From Puccinia triticina (taxonomy: Eukaryota), in assembly GCA_026914245.1 (NCBI GenBank), contig CP110440.1:4092001-4156000 (forward strand): a stretch of DNA of 64,000 nucleotides, given 5' to 3'. The position numbers and the translations under genes were made by a program. Below are positions 26,142 to 39,929 of this stretch, one piece after another; the stretch's first letter is position 1; each line of letters starts with the position of its first letter. The notes beneath the pieces are model-generated. The model did not search any database. It worked only from the letters and a program-made list of their open reading frames with translations, and was not told the DNA's origin.

Positions 26142-26539
26142 TTAAAATTGTTCATCGAGCTTGTGGCGTAACTCCTCCTTCTTTCCCTCCGAGACCCTAG
26201 GGTTCTACAAAAGTCAAGTTATACGCAATGAGCTATCTGGACGAACGATCATAAGATCGGTTGACTAACGTGGAGTGCAGCCTTGATGCCTCGCTTGACA
26301 TTTTCCGGGTCCTTGACGTGAACGGTTTCTTGAGTCGGAGCAGCTGCCGCCTTCAATCCTTCGGTATCCAATCGATGCTGGGCGCCTTCCTTAGCATCGT
26401 CCGAGACATGCTGTTGACCAAAAAGGAACTCTCGTCAGCCGCCGTGAGCTGTGGGATGACTTGGGGGTCTGGTGGGGCTGCTTACCGGATTGGTCAAGGT
26501 AGCTTTCAGGCCGCCGGCCACATTGCCGGGATTGGCCAT
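26142..26539 (-). CDS. Conidiation protein 6 (Con-6) family, 3 exons, about 85 aa
   Basis: Spliced: MANPGNVAAGLKATLTNP|HVSDDAKEGAQHRL...KDPENVKRGIKAALH|NPRVSEGKKEELRHKLDEQF*. GT-AG introns; two Con-6 repeats. Confidence 0.85.
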
Positions 26540-27530
26540 GTTTTTGATATTCGAGAGAAATAAGTAGTACGTCGTGGTGGAAGTTTGTAGGGTGGATGAG
26601 GGGAGAAAATCGGATGCGGTTTTTTATATTTGGTTTTTTTGCTGGAGGAGGGGCGGTCAACAGGCGGATGCTGCTGGAGTCTATGAATCCGAGCCTGTCT
26701 TAATAGGAAATCCTCCACATGATGCTCGGAGGCCAGCGTAAGCACTGGCCGTTTAATTAATTTATCTATCTGGCCTCAGCCTTCCACTCCTCCGATTGCG
26801 GAGCGTGAAAAAGAACGGGGCCCGCTGACCGCATGTGCACTGCCCAGGAATGGTTCCGTTTCGAATCAGTGTTCTTTCGGCGCGAGCCAAGCAGTGCTCA
26901 GACTGGCACCTTGCGTAAGCTCAAACAACTTCCATCAATTGAACCGTTGAAGTGCTCGCTGTATGCTCCAATCAATCAAAAGCCCCGCAGCAGTCGGATA
27001 CCGCCGAGGAGTAACCGACCACAGCGACGGGGTTTCATCGGAGCCCGGATGGACGACAGTACCCCTCTCTTGCTATCTTAAAAACAGTGCTGCCTACATC
27101 AGGGTGGTACTCGAATATTGCACCAGTAGCCCAAAATGCGTGTGAATTTGGGTTTTCTGTAAGCTACAACTGCTGTACCTAAATCCTGTCTGTGGATTAC
27201 CAAAAACCATTCATTAAACCGATCACTTGCCTATATACGTCGAGATGCTTCACTTGACGGCCAAGGATAACTCAAGAGTATATGGTCCGAACGTATTCCA
27301 ACAACCACAAAGGTAATGAATAAGAGGAACCTGTGATACTAGGAACGTGGCATTTGTACGATTGAAGGACACATCCGTAAGAAATATCTGTGTCTTCATG
27401 TGGGTATTCTGACTTGAGGATAAATAATAGGTTTGAACAAAATCTTTTTCTCTGTAGACAGTAGCGGAAATGCAAGTCTTTGTTGACCAGATATTCGAGC
27501 AAGTGTGGGTATTGCCCGAGTTCAGCTTTT

Positions 27531-28864
27531 CTAGTTTTCGGGCTTTTTGCAAACAAACTAGGTTTGGGGAACAACTTGAATCAGTGTAAGTGAAGTAGAA
27601 GATCGGAAGTGTGAAGTGCTAGACTGACCAGCATCATCGGAGTGAATAATTTAGCTTCAGCCCCGGCTACAAGAGCATCGGCAGCAAGCTTGAGGGCCTC
27701 TCCGATGTCATATGTGCCTTTCGGTGCAAGGCCAACACCTTCGAGGACTCGGACCATCGACTGGGTGACCACTTTACCAAACCATGTCATTCGGACCACT
27801 GTCGCATAATCCCAAACAGTCTGGCACTCGCGCAAGTTGCCACGAAGTGGATAGTACCACGGTATCCGGTCATCACGCGCGGCAAGGTCTTCTTCGCGGA
27901 GGATCTCAAATCCGACGGTCTTCAGCGCACTACGGGCCTGGGCGATCGTCCTCATTTCGGCAATTCCATCCCCGATCTCGATCCCGTGACTGATCTTGCG
28001 ATGCTCGGGATTGTTTTTGTCATACTTGTCCGTCATGCACCATTCGTACATCCCGAACTGACCAGAGTTAACGTTCGATCAGCTCAACCTGCTCAATGAT
28101 AGAGAAACGGAACGAAATACACAAACCAGTAACTCACCTTGCCGCCAGGCTTTAAAACCTTCATGATCTGGCCGTATACGCCTTCCCAGGTGGGTGCATG
28201 ACAGGTGGCTTCGATAGCATAAACTGCATCAAAGCTGTTCTCCCCAAACTGATTGACGAGGTTCATAAAGTCGCCCTTGACGACTTCGACTTGATGGCTC
28301 AATCCAGCCTCAGCGTTATACTTGTTGGCTCGTCTGACTTGATATTCGTTGTTGTTGACTCCGATGATTTGACAATCGCTGAAGACTGCCATTTCACGCG
28401 CCGGACCTCCGACTCCACATCCAACGTCCAGCACTTTCATCCCCTTTTGTAATCCAATTTGAGCCGAGAGGTAATGTTCATGCCGAGCAATGGCTTGTTG
28501 GAAAGCTTCGCCGGGATAGTAACGAGCGAAATGGAAATTCTGAAATCGATCACAAATTACAGCAGTGGGTCAATAAAAACTCGATGTTAAGGGTCTGCTG
28601 GGAAGGATGGGGCTGATTTTCAGGAAAATCAAAACTAACCTTTCCCCAGCCGTATTCGTACAAATCAGTCGCCCCGTCATAATACGAATTTGTCACGTTT
28701 TCGTACTCGTTAATGCGATGTTGATTGTCTTTTTCGGTATCATCGGCTGATTTTGATTTCCAAAACTGTGTGTATTGTCCAATCCTAGCTCGATTCCTGA
28801 CGTCGCCCGACTGGTGATCGGTATGGGCTGATGTCTTTCCAATGTCGGTCGAAGCCACAGTCAT
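27531..28864 (-). CDS. ERG6: Sterol 24-C-methyltransferase, multi-exon
   Basis: Motifs [68 protein letters not shown]. Confidence 0.95.
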
Positions 28865-31074
28865 CTCGATCTTTGTGGGAGTCAATGAAAGTGTTTAAAA
28901 ATACGTAGGAGGTTCTAAATTCTTTGGGGTGGTTGGTTTCCGGAAGGGTACGGATCCGATGGCTCTTGCACACAACACAGAAGACAAGTAACCAATCGAA
29001 AGGAGTCGATAAAACTGCCAAGGCGTGTGATAACACGTGGGTAAATATGTAATTTAGCAAAACTCCTGTGTACGTAAACACTTTCCCCAACGAAAATTTA
29101 TTTTTGAATTCCCAATGGCTCCTGTATGACCTTGTGGATGGCGTTGAAACCTGAACCTTAAAGGTCTGTCACAGAGGTGTCAACACTGGTTCTCATCTAA
29201 CCTGGGCTTGGCTCACATATTTAAGATGACCACTTCTCAACGGTCCAAAGCACCCTAGGTCCCAAAAATTGGTCCAGGAATATTTGGAAGTTGTTTTCAC
29301 AATTTGGGAGCTGAGAATGGGAGTTATTCACCAAAGTCTGTCTTGTTTTTTCGCAGGTTTTTCAATACGTAGTTGTCCACCCAATGCCTGCAGGTTTGGG
29401 AGTTGGTGAATATTGAAATACAGGAGCATTCACATTTGTTGGGTTAAGTTGACAATTTCTGGGAACCTGACCCGGCGGGCAATTGTATTGGTCCAGGCTA
29501 ACCGCAGGTCAACAAACCTCAGGTTTAATTTCAGGTTTAGGCTTGCTAAATTTGGCTAGTCTAAAGCTGAAATCAAGCCTCAGGATACAGCATTTTTGAG
29601 GTCAGTTAGCCTAGAACTGACCCAAAAAATGTGTTTGTCCACATGAAATAGCCTCAGTTAGCTAACCTAATCACAAACCCGGGCCTACTTGACCTGAAAA
29701 TCTAGCAAACAAATGTAAATGCTCTTACACTATGACTCCACTTGTAGAGCAGTGCCAACATTGTTTTTGCCCCAGCGTTAGATTATGGTCAGGCCAACTG
29801 AGCACAAAATCAGACGTGCCAAAGGGTCAGCCTGACCTGTCCAACCGAGTTAAATTGAAGCCAAAGCGCCTTTCTCAACGGGAAGGGCAGTCCGACCATG
29901 CTGATTTGCTGGTAATCAGGGTTGGCTCAGCCCTTGGATCAAGCCAACATTCCCAATGGGTGGGGCATGAAATAATTGTTGGCTGGCCTGAAATTTTGGC
30001 AGACAGTTGGCAATCTGAGTAGACAAGCTGATCTGTCTGACAAGGCCCTCAGACAGGTCAATCTGACTCAAGCACCCTTGTAAACTGTATTTTCCTATCA
30101 CATATTACATTTTCCCTCCAAGCTGATGTTGCACCTGTGTGAGATTTCCACAACAACCAACCTTTTTTTCATTTTCCAAACAAGTGAGTAATTGATGGGA
30201 ATTTTTTCACATCAAATTTGGACAACCACAATGAAACCTTTGTCAAGATTTCATTCCATTGCATCAAAAATAATCAATGATCAGTGGGCATTTTACTTAT
30301 GTTTATGTGGTATAGATTACTGTAAACCCCTCTCCTCCCTTGGAGCTCCCTAGGTGTCACTAGGACAGAAGACATGTCACGTGTAGATAGATAGCCCAGT
30401 CCTTCTCCCTTCCCTGGTTCAGCAGAGAACTGACAGCAGTCTCCCTGGACCAGGTAAGGTATCTTCTCTGCCTCAGTTTGTTCTTTCCTTTTACTTCTTC
30501 ATCATCAAAGAGAATTGACAGCAGTCTCTCTGGACCAGTGTCCTAAAAGCCCCCCAAGTTTGGTCCAAGAAACTTGCCTCCATGCTGTTGCTCCATTCTG
30601 TTTTCTCCTCTTCTCAGTGAAGGGATTGCAACCCTTACAATTACTTTGTAGAAATATTTCAGCAGGTGGCATCTGCCTTTGGTTATCTTGTAGGCTTTTA
30701 TATTTACAAACACTTTGTAAAAAACTGTACATAGAGGAGACAAACTTGAAAAGAGAAAAACAATCTTAGATTTTTCATTTCTTACATGTAATCACATGTC
30801 TATATCATCTCTCAATACATGTGCCAAGATGAAAGAAGATATTTCAGACAAGAAAAATTTCTGAAAGGAGTGCTGAAATTGGTATATTTACATGAAGAAT
30901 TTGAAAATCCAAAGGCGGAAAGGAGTGTATGAATTGAAAAAGGTCCATCTTCAATACTTAAACAAGACAAGTTCATTGAAGAATGTTTGATGAAAATTTG
31001 GGGCAAGTAGAATTCTTCAGCCCATATTTCCCCATTTGTTTTTTGATAAGTGTACGGTATGTACACATATCATT

Positions 31075-32436
31075 TCAATGCTTTTCTACTTTTGCCTTTT
31101 TTTGGAGAGTTGAACCAGCTTTACTCCGACGGGAATTGGCAGTTTTTGAATTTGTCTTGGATCCGCAATTGATTTCTGGAATCCAAGGGACTGAAGGGAT
31201 TGATACAGTGATCAAAGGACAATAAGTTGCGGCTCCTCGGGAATTCTTCCCTCCTGTCATCACACGACGAGTGGTTTTGATTGTACGACAAGAGATAAAA
31301 CTTTGGTCCGCTTCTTCGTCTGAGAACTTGCGCTTTTGGAATTGATCTGTTCCAATGTCGTTCGGGAAGTTGTTTGGGGGGTTACGGGCGATTCTCGGAA
31401 GTTCTAGAATCTCGGGATTCTCGCCAGGGAAGTATTTGGGAAGCTGTTTGTTGGCTGGTTTCATTTCTTGGTCAGAAATGCCGCCTAAGGCTTCTGGCGT
31501 TCTATTTTGAAGTGGTTTCAAGACACCGGCTTGATGACCTCTCTCCGGGCGCTGGTGAGAATTGACATTAATCTGATTTCGTGTTGGTAAGTTTAACCCT
31601 ACTTGCTGAACGAGAGTTGGAGGTTTATACCCGGGGAGGCAATCATCTCTAGTAGAGTCAACCGGCATCGACGCAGATTCCTTGAAGATTGAATCAAGCA
31701 AGTGGCTGATATCTGGGCCATAGAGGCCATGTTGGTCAAGTTGTGATCTTTCTAGACTGGCTGGTGGGTTATCTGTACTCATGGAACTATCAAGATCAGA
31801 TTTGAAACCCGAATTGAATGCATAGTTAAACTCTTCTTTTGTAAGCCCAACATTTTCGTTGTTTACTTGATATGAGGTTCCAGTTTCGTACCCCATATTC
31901 CCGCCCTCATTATTCTCATATGTTGTGGATGGAGTGGTGGAGCCGTATCCAATTATGCTGAAACTACTCTTGAAGGCTTCTGGCTGAATCAGTTGACTTG
32001 TGTGTAGCCCCAAACCGGCGGTCGGAGTGAGGGGTCCCGTCATCTGTGGGCCGCAAAAACTGAGCGACTTGGGAGAAACTGCAATGGGTTCTGCCGCTGG
32101 CTCTGCAGAATTTTTATTCAGCTGAAAGTTGTGCTCCTGGTCCTGTGGGTAGCCAATGAATGGAAACATGCCAAATAGTCCTAGACTTGAAACAATAGTG
32201 TCTTGTGGATAACTTGGTGGGTTCGGTGCGCCTTGGTATTGATATTGGTCGTGAACAATTCTGGTGTCAGATTGACCTGTAAGCGCCCAAGTTGGAAGAC
32301 GATCAGGCACATCAGAACTTCAGGCCAATCGAAAAGAGATAACACGATACATACCTTGCGAATGGAGGAATGCTAAATTTGATTCAAAATTACCGGGAGC
32401 AGACCATTGGGTTGCTTGTTCACCAAACATATTCAT
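31075..32436 (-). CDS. Hypothetical, largely disordered protein with a basic C-terminus, 2 exons
   Basis: 411-codon ORF. A short upstream exon MNMFGEQ...HSQ with a GTATGT donor splices in frame at CTTACAG|GT. No recognisable domain. Confidence 0.6.
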
Positions 32437-34227
32437 TGGTTACAGTGAACGGAAAATGAAGCGTGAGATGGTGCTACAGGACACACAAAGAAGTTAAGTG
32501 AGAAGATCTGGCCAAAACAGCTTCAGCTCTGGATTGAAGAAAAGCTAACCAGAGGTAAGTATGACCTTCTCGTAGAGTTTTGGAAAGAAAAACGTAATTT
32601 GATGGTGCTTGAGGTTTGCTAGTGAGAGTGTTTGAGAACGTCACTGGAGCGAAAAAGATCGCGGAAAGGAGCAAAAGATTGGGATATTGAAGGGCCAATA
32701 TTCTTCAAAGGATAACGCTTCTATGCAAGCTATCAGATGTGGTAGCAGTTCTTGTAAAGTCTGATATGCTGAGAGTTATGTACACTTTATTTTTTTATCT
32801 ACAAACTATCTTTAAGTGATGCCACGAGAGGAAGGAATGGAAAAAAGCTCCCGGTTGAGGTTTTTGTTGGACTTTGCTCAGGCCTTTTAAGGTGAAAACC
32901 TAGTCACCGAAAGAAGGGAAACAAAATCCAAGTGGGTCTTGATGGATGTGAAGGTGATGATAGTCTCGGGTTGAGAGTAACAACCATCTCAATCTCCAGA
33001 GAACAGCCGGGGACCACCATGACGATCAAGTCGGTGGTGAAGGTGCGATTGTCTCATCCACCCGGTCTATGTCTCTCGAGATAGACCTCATCACCAAGCT
33101 GTGAAGATGGCACCGCAATCTCGGAGTGCCGTAGACAAGAGACAATAGTTCCCGGTCGATCATACATTACTACAGAAAGTGAATCCCATTCGTGGATAGG
33201 TCAGAATGACCAGTCGGTCCAAAGCATTGAGCTTCTTTCATTACATATTTCCTAGATTCCACTGCAGGGTAGGCATGAAGCCGTGTTAAGTTGTTGCAGT
33301 TCATATAGTAATCAATGAAACAAGGTATTTTGTCCTGCTCCATGCTCCCTCACTCTTTTTCATCTTGCTTCACCGGTGATTCTGAACATGGGGGTTGTTT
33401 CCCAGAAGACTGGGAAACAGTCAAAAAGCTCAACTGATCGAAGCATATACGAAAGTGTTAGCCGGTCGCGAGACCACCGGGGCCGAACCACTGGACTGTT
33501 GCTATCGTTTCAAACATACATCCATCCAAAGTTGATTGGATGTAATTCTCATTCACAATCCCCTCGAGCCTCCAGAACCACGGCCCCCTAGTTTATTTTG
33601 CCATACCAAGAGCTGCAATTGGCCCTACATAACGCTCTTCAGTGGAGGTGGGGCGGCGCCGCCGCGGGGGACATGTAGCATGTGGACTTGAGGTGTGATA
33701 AATATATGAATCAAGCATGACTTGAGTGGGGAAATGGCGTCAAACCAGCGGGAATAGGTTGGTTGAGTTAGCTTGATGTCAACGTAGTTTCGCTTGGGTT
33801 TAATTGAGCATCATCAGGGTTTGGGAGAGAAAATCACTGAAGCAGCTCAAGAAAAGCCAAACCATGGAGTGGTCTTGGTCTGTCAAGCCCACAAATCACT
33901 TGTTCGTCCAGCACTCTCCGCGTGCTTCACAGCCTCCAGGAGGAACTTGCGATCAGCTGACAAGAGGTCATCGGCATATAAAGCTGTTTGGGATGTAAAT
34001 TAGTTCCTCTCAAGGCAATCTTGGACGAAATGGCTGTGTTTAATTTCGATTGGGAGGTCATCAAGTCAAAATGTGACTGCGAAGTATGGAAGAAGTATTT
34101 TGCATGCACGCAGTATGCAAAGTTCGGCGGGTGGCTTTGGACCCCCTCGAAGTCTGAGTTGAATAAAAATGTGGAGCTGTTTATATACACACAGACCAGT
34201 GCACACAAGACCTCCCCGAAGAACACG

Positions 34228-36236
34228 ATGAAGAAGAAACAAGAACAACAGAAGAAGACAAAAGATCAGGAACTCCGAGAATATCAAGTGAACCAAGACC
34301 AAACCAACCAGTACTTGGACAGCGGCCACAACCCGGCTTCAACCAAGAAACTTATCCGCAATGAGACAAACGATTGGAAGGCAAGTTCTCTTTATTTTCA
34401 TCTTGAAGCTTTCGATAGTGAACTAATCTCAGGAAAATTTCAACTTCTACGTAAAAGAAAGTAACACAAAATAATAGGAAACTGTCCAATCATCTTGCTG
34501 GAATCGCAAAGTCTAAGTTAAAGTCGATCGAAAAAGCACAAGAACATGATAATCTTTTACTTCTAAATCAAAATCAAACAAATGGAAACCTGCTAGAACC
34601 AGAGAACAAACTAGAAAAGACTTGGAAATTCAAACAATCGGACATCAAATCCTCAACCAACCTACACATTTCACTGAAGAGCTTTAACCTCAACTTGAAA
34701 GATACGAATAGCGGAATCGGCGGGCCGTATAAGTTTGACTATAACCGTAACGGAAACTTCTTGGCTCTGATCGATCAGAAGGTCGGCAAATATTCGAATA
34801 TCAATCTCAAATCTTTAAATTTAATATTTGAAATCGGCCTATTAAACGAGCATCTGAGGGCGGTTAAATGGCTACACAATCAATCTTTCCTCGCGATCGC
34901 CCAAAAGAAATACGTGTACATCTACGATGGCCACCAAGGATCGGAGCTGCATCAATTACGGGGCCACGTCGAAGTGACTCAGATGGAATTCTTGCCCTAC
35001 CACTTTCTACTAACAACCGTCGGACTACCAGGGTGGTTGAAGTATCACGACACAAGTACTGGTCAAATCGTTGCTCAACACGCCACGAAACTCGGTTCCT
35101 GTCATACGATGGCCCAAAACCCATTCAATTCAATCATCAATCTCGGCCACCAAAACGGAACAGTGACACTCTGGAGTCCTTCCGTCAACCAACCCCTCGT
35201 CAAGTTTCTAGCTCATCTCGGTCCCGTTACAAGTCTGTCGGTTGATCCGTCCAGCTCTGGTAACTTGCTTACCACCACCGGCCTCGATGGCAGCTTGAAA
35301 GTGTGGGATGCTCGGAATTGGAAAACGTTGACCTCATGGACTCTGAAAAAACCGGCCAAGACGACGGCGTGGTCACAGAAAGGACTCTTGGCCGTTGGAT
35401 GGGGGGCACACGTTTCAGTTTACTCGGACATCGGTAAAGCTGATTCGAAGAAAGGCGCTTACATGAACCAGCTGTTCCCATCACAGGAAGTTGAACAAGT
35501 TCAATTCTGTCCATTCGAAGATATCCTTGGGGTTAGTCATTCGTCTGGCTTCTCTCAGTTGATTATCCCCGGTTCAGGCGAAGCCCATTTCGATAGTTTG
35601 GAGGCCGATCCATTCGAAACCAAGACTCGGAAGAAAGAACGAGAAGTCCACAACCTGTTGGATAAAATACCCTTCGAACTGATCAATATCAACCCGAACT
35701 TTGTGGGCTCGGTAGCCCCGAAACCCGAAACAACTCACCAACTCTTTCAATCTACTTCATCAATCAAGGATAAGAACAATCAAACGGTCATCGTCAACAA
35801 TCCGAACGCTAATACCCCCTACAGGAAGCTAACACGTATTCAAAAGCTGAAATTGTCCGGAGTCGATGCCCTCGAAGGTGACCAAGAAGATGACGACCAA
35901 GAAGATGATCCTGAAGGTCCGAGCGACACCAAAACCGAAAAGGTAACCGAAAAGAAGAAAATGAGGGGTAAAAACTCGACCCTCAAACGATTCCTAAGGC
36001 GTAAAAAGCGACAAAATGTTATCACGCCCCAAACCGTACGTCTTAGCACTCATTACTCGTTCCGTTCCCTTTTGAGAGAAATGAGACATTGTCATTAAAC
36101 CCGGCCTTATTTGACTATACAGGAAGCATTGAAGGCTAAGCTCTCTCAAAGAAAACAGCTCCATATCCAACAACAAAAACAGAAGGCCGCGCAAAAAGGC
36201 GATACAGGCGGGGGAGCATTGAGCAGATTCTCTTAG
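34228..36236 (+). CDS. UTP7: U3 snoRNP WD40 protein Utp7/WDR46 (BING4), 3 exons
   Basis: Motifs LEKTWKFKQ, AIAQKKYVYIYD, EFLPYHFLL, LGHQNGTVTLWSP, FCPFEDILG, IIPGSGEAHFDSLEADPFET, C-terminal ALSRFS*. GC-AG first intron from 34381. Confidence 0.92.
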
Positions 36237-36664
36237 CGCATCCCTTGTCTAAAACTTGTCATCCTTCTTCCTTCATCTGTTCTCTGTTCCGTTTTCTTAT
36301 TGGGATGATATGTTTTGACTAGACCAATTCCTTTAATCATGCAAACCATCTTCTGTACAGAAGAAACTCTCTGTCTCTAAGGATGTACATTTTTTTTGTT
36401 CTTGGTATGGTTGATTTTTGTTATTGCAAATTTCAAAAGCTTTCTTTCCTTTTGTTTAGAGGCTCAGGATTCAGATCTGACTTTCCAGATTGAAGGGAGA
36501 AGTCCTCATTGCCCGACTTGTCTGCGGGGCGGGTTTGGACCCCGTTTTTCAGCCCGAACCCGGCCCGCTCTGAATGTGGGAGGAAGACCGTTGGCCAGTG
36601 GGTCGCCGGCGGAACAATCCCACTTGGAGCCAACTAATCCAAACAGCTTCTCCTGAACCGAACA

Positions 36665-38152
36665 ATGGGATTCCCCTTCAACTGTCCGTGCCTGTGCTGG
36701 CCATCCCCGAGAACTCAAGAGCAGCAACAGCAGGAACAACGGCCCATTCACCCACACTCTGAAGCCGTCAGTAGACTACATAGCGCCTCATCTAATCTCA
36801 TCTATGGATAACTAACACGCTAACCGACTTGAACTTAAGCAGGATGCTGATGAGCGTACCCCACTAATTGCCAATCCACCGTGAGCCAGTTAACTTACTC
36901 ATCGTTCTCACCATCCTCTTAATGGCCCAGGTATATATTCTGAACCAACTCTTCCCAAACCAATCAGTCAAGTGACTCCTTCACCATCTTTACCTGTTAT
37001 TGATACCGCTCAACAACAAGCTGACGAAGCGGCAGCAAATAAGATTGTCTCTCAAACAGTCAGGTCAGTCCTTTACATGCTTTTCTTACTTAATCAATCA
37101 CAGACAGTATTAATAGCGCTGAAACAGGATTATTCACAACAACGGTTCTGGCAATTTCAATCGATAGATGTCTCGTCGACGTCTATTCTCAGGCACCCTT
37201 TTCGCATTTGAAAATCCGAGGAGCAATCACCACACCTGATCTGAGTTCAGACCTTCCTCATACACCCGACGGCGCATCATCCGCCTGGCGAGCCTATGAC
37301 CCGCCCCGTTGTCCCCCGGTTTCCTCAGAAGCTTCCAAATATCAGCTATCAATCCCGAACAACTTTCAATCTACCTCTACCCAACACAGTCACCAAACGG
37401 CAGCTCAAAAGCGCAGCTTCCACAGTCTCAAAACAATCATCAACCATCAGGATCGATCCCATCCCGATGAACATGATACCCGGCTTTCGGCATCCCTCAT
37501 CGAATCACAGCAAGACCCACCCCCTCGTCTCTCCTCCTCATCCACCCTACCCGGATCCGCACGGACCTCCACCCAGTCGGAAAACCAACGTCATTCACGG
37601 GATAACAGCTTTGCCCCGACCTCTTGCAGTACCCAATTCGATACCATTCGGACCTTTCAGACCGCCAGAGATGATCACAACCTGCCCAACGATGATACCG
37701 ATGACCCTGAAGACTCAACCTTGAACCCTGAAGACGCAACTTTGACAGCTTCAAATTTCTCTATCAGTAACCTCAATGGGGACCATCGTCAAGCTTCTCA
37801 CCTTACCTCTAAACCTGACTTCGTCTCCCGTCTCTGGGACCAACCTGAACCTCAGCAAGCTGCTAGTGAATCAGAACAATCTCCACAAACTCCCTCAGAT
37901 CAAACTAGTTGCCAAAGCGAGCAGACAGACCATGTAAGCAAGACAATCTCAAATCTTAATCATCAAATCAGCTTCCTCTTCGCGTCTTTTAGCTGAACAT
38001 GTCTTTTCTTCTTTTGCTCATTTGTCTACCGTGTTTCTTTTGGTCATGAAATGCAAAAAACATAGCTTACTGACGATCCGAAAAAGCTTGCAGCAATGAT
38101 CGCCAATGGCTTTCGACTGACAGATACCGGCCCCATCTTAGTAGAACTTTAA
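36665..38152 (+). CDS. Ego1/Meh1/LAMTOR1-like vacuolar membrane anchor, multi-exon
   Basis: N-terminal MGFPFNCPCLC (Gly2 plus Cys cluster), acidic dileucine-like DERTPLI, spliced NKIVSQTVRCLVDV, C-terminal FRLTDTGPILVEL*. Confidence 0.6.
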
Positions 38153-39929
38153 CACACTTCTTTTCGTCTTTTCAACTCGGCTTACGCTATTAATTTTTTA
38201 TTTACAAACTTACTAGTTTTTAGTGTTGTTGTCTTAATCTCGTCTTTGGTTTTATTATTATTTTGTAATCAGTACAATTCTTCCCTCTTGTGTCCCACTC
38301 ATTCCTTCTCTCGTTTTTCGTCCGGGAGGTTCTTTGATGGTATCTTGCATTGATTGGTCAATTCACTCTGTTGTAAGAGGAGGAGTGATTTGAATTTTGA
38401 GCGGGGTTGGAAGAATGCAATACACAATCCTGATAATATTAACCCAAGGAGGAATTGTAGCTGGAGTGAGCTACCAGCTGATGTAATAATGGGTGACAGG
38501 TTTTCCTTGATGTACATATATTGTTGATACATTCCCAGACACGTACTGAGGTTTGAGTCAAATCAACAACACAGAAAACAGATACATTACAGCTTGAGGA
38601 TTCTAAGGCCAATGTTTTTCATGAAGAGGGGATACTTGGCACACCAATTCAGCAGGATAACAACAAAAAGGGCATAACAAATCATACCAGATATCAAAGC
38701 AATTTCTTTGAGTCACACCAACTTGTCACAGCTTGGCTCAAATAGCAATCAATATAGCAATTTTATCATGGAAAGGTGATATTGGAGGACTTCCTGTTGG
38801 CATTTAGAGACCTCCAGATCATGCCCTTGTAGATCCTAAATTAAGACACCCATCAGAATCACAACCAGTGCACATGAAATCCAATCTACTCTTGTGTTCT
38901 GCCTCTGCGGCGGGCTGGTGACTTTCTTTGTCCCCAGCCCTCTTGTTATTTTACTTGTCCAGCCTCTGGACTTTCCATCTTGGTCCTAGTTGCCTAGGGT
39001 GACCCAGGAGCTACCCTTTAACTCCTCAAGCCACCCAAGTGTGGGATAAGGGTGTCCCTCCTTCCCTCCCCTCCTAACCCTAACCCTTTCCACCTGCTAC
39101 GGCGGCGGCTGGGAGTAGGGTGGGAAATGGGAGGATGACTGGAGGGAGATATTCTCTTCCTTATTGGGAAGTGGAACTCTCTCTCTTTGTGAGTATTGAG
39201 CCCTGAGGTCTGAGCCCGGGGAGGGCGGGACCCCTACCTGGGTGGGTGGGCGGCGGCAAGATTTAGTCCTGCGAGAATTGGCGGATCGAGCACGGCGTCT
39301 AAGCTGAGGGTATCGGTTCGGCGTCTGTTTCTAGCCGGTACCGGTTGGCCTCGGCTTGAGGTTTGCAGCTTTCCGGCTGCGCACCCGAGCTGCGTGGCGC
39401 GCGGGGGTTTCTCCTGGCGCGCACTTGCGCAGCCCGTCGTCTACTCCACCCCACCTCCCGCTTCACTCCAAGTAGCTGTTATAAATTAAAAGAAAAATCT
39501 TACCAGATAAGAATATCTCCAATGGTCTGGTTGTTGATTGTGAAGTTGGGTTACCTTCAGCAGCCTGCAAGGGGATGCCCCAAAGTTTCAATGATGTTTC
39601 ACAGTTGATACAGTTAATTCAGGATATGCATAATACAGAATGGCACAGCTATAAGCTCAATGTCTGATTGATAAGACAATCTAGCAAGCTGTCTCATTGA
39701 AGATCTTGTATTCATGTACAATATCCTTGGCAAAAACATAAAACCATGACATAATGTGCTGGTGCTTCCTGTACTATCCTGCTCTTAGCTTACAAAGAAG
39801 TGCCAGGCAGTTTATTATTATAAATAGTCCATTTACTGAATGATCTATTCTGCCAACCACCTTCATACACATACCTGACTCACCTGTGCATATTTTACAT
39901 ACAAAATCTAAAAGTCTCTATCCATAGCT

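Noticed and set aside
30321..30786. TG...CA bounded segment resembling a solo LTR
   Set aside because: No target-site duplication and no second copy in the window.
32474..32698. 74-aa ORF with a hydrophobic, signal-like start
   Set aside because: TTG start, and all frames after the next acceptor stop; more likely 5' UTR of the downstream gene.
38890..39500. GC-rich segment with an A-rich end, possibly a retroposon tail
   Set aside because: No coding motif or TSD to classify it.
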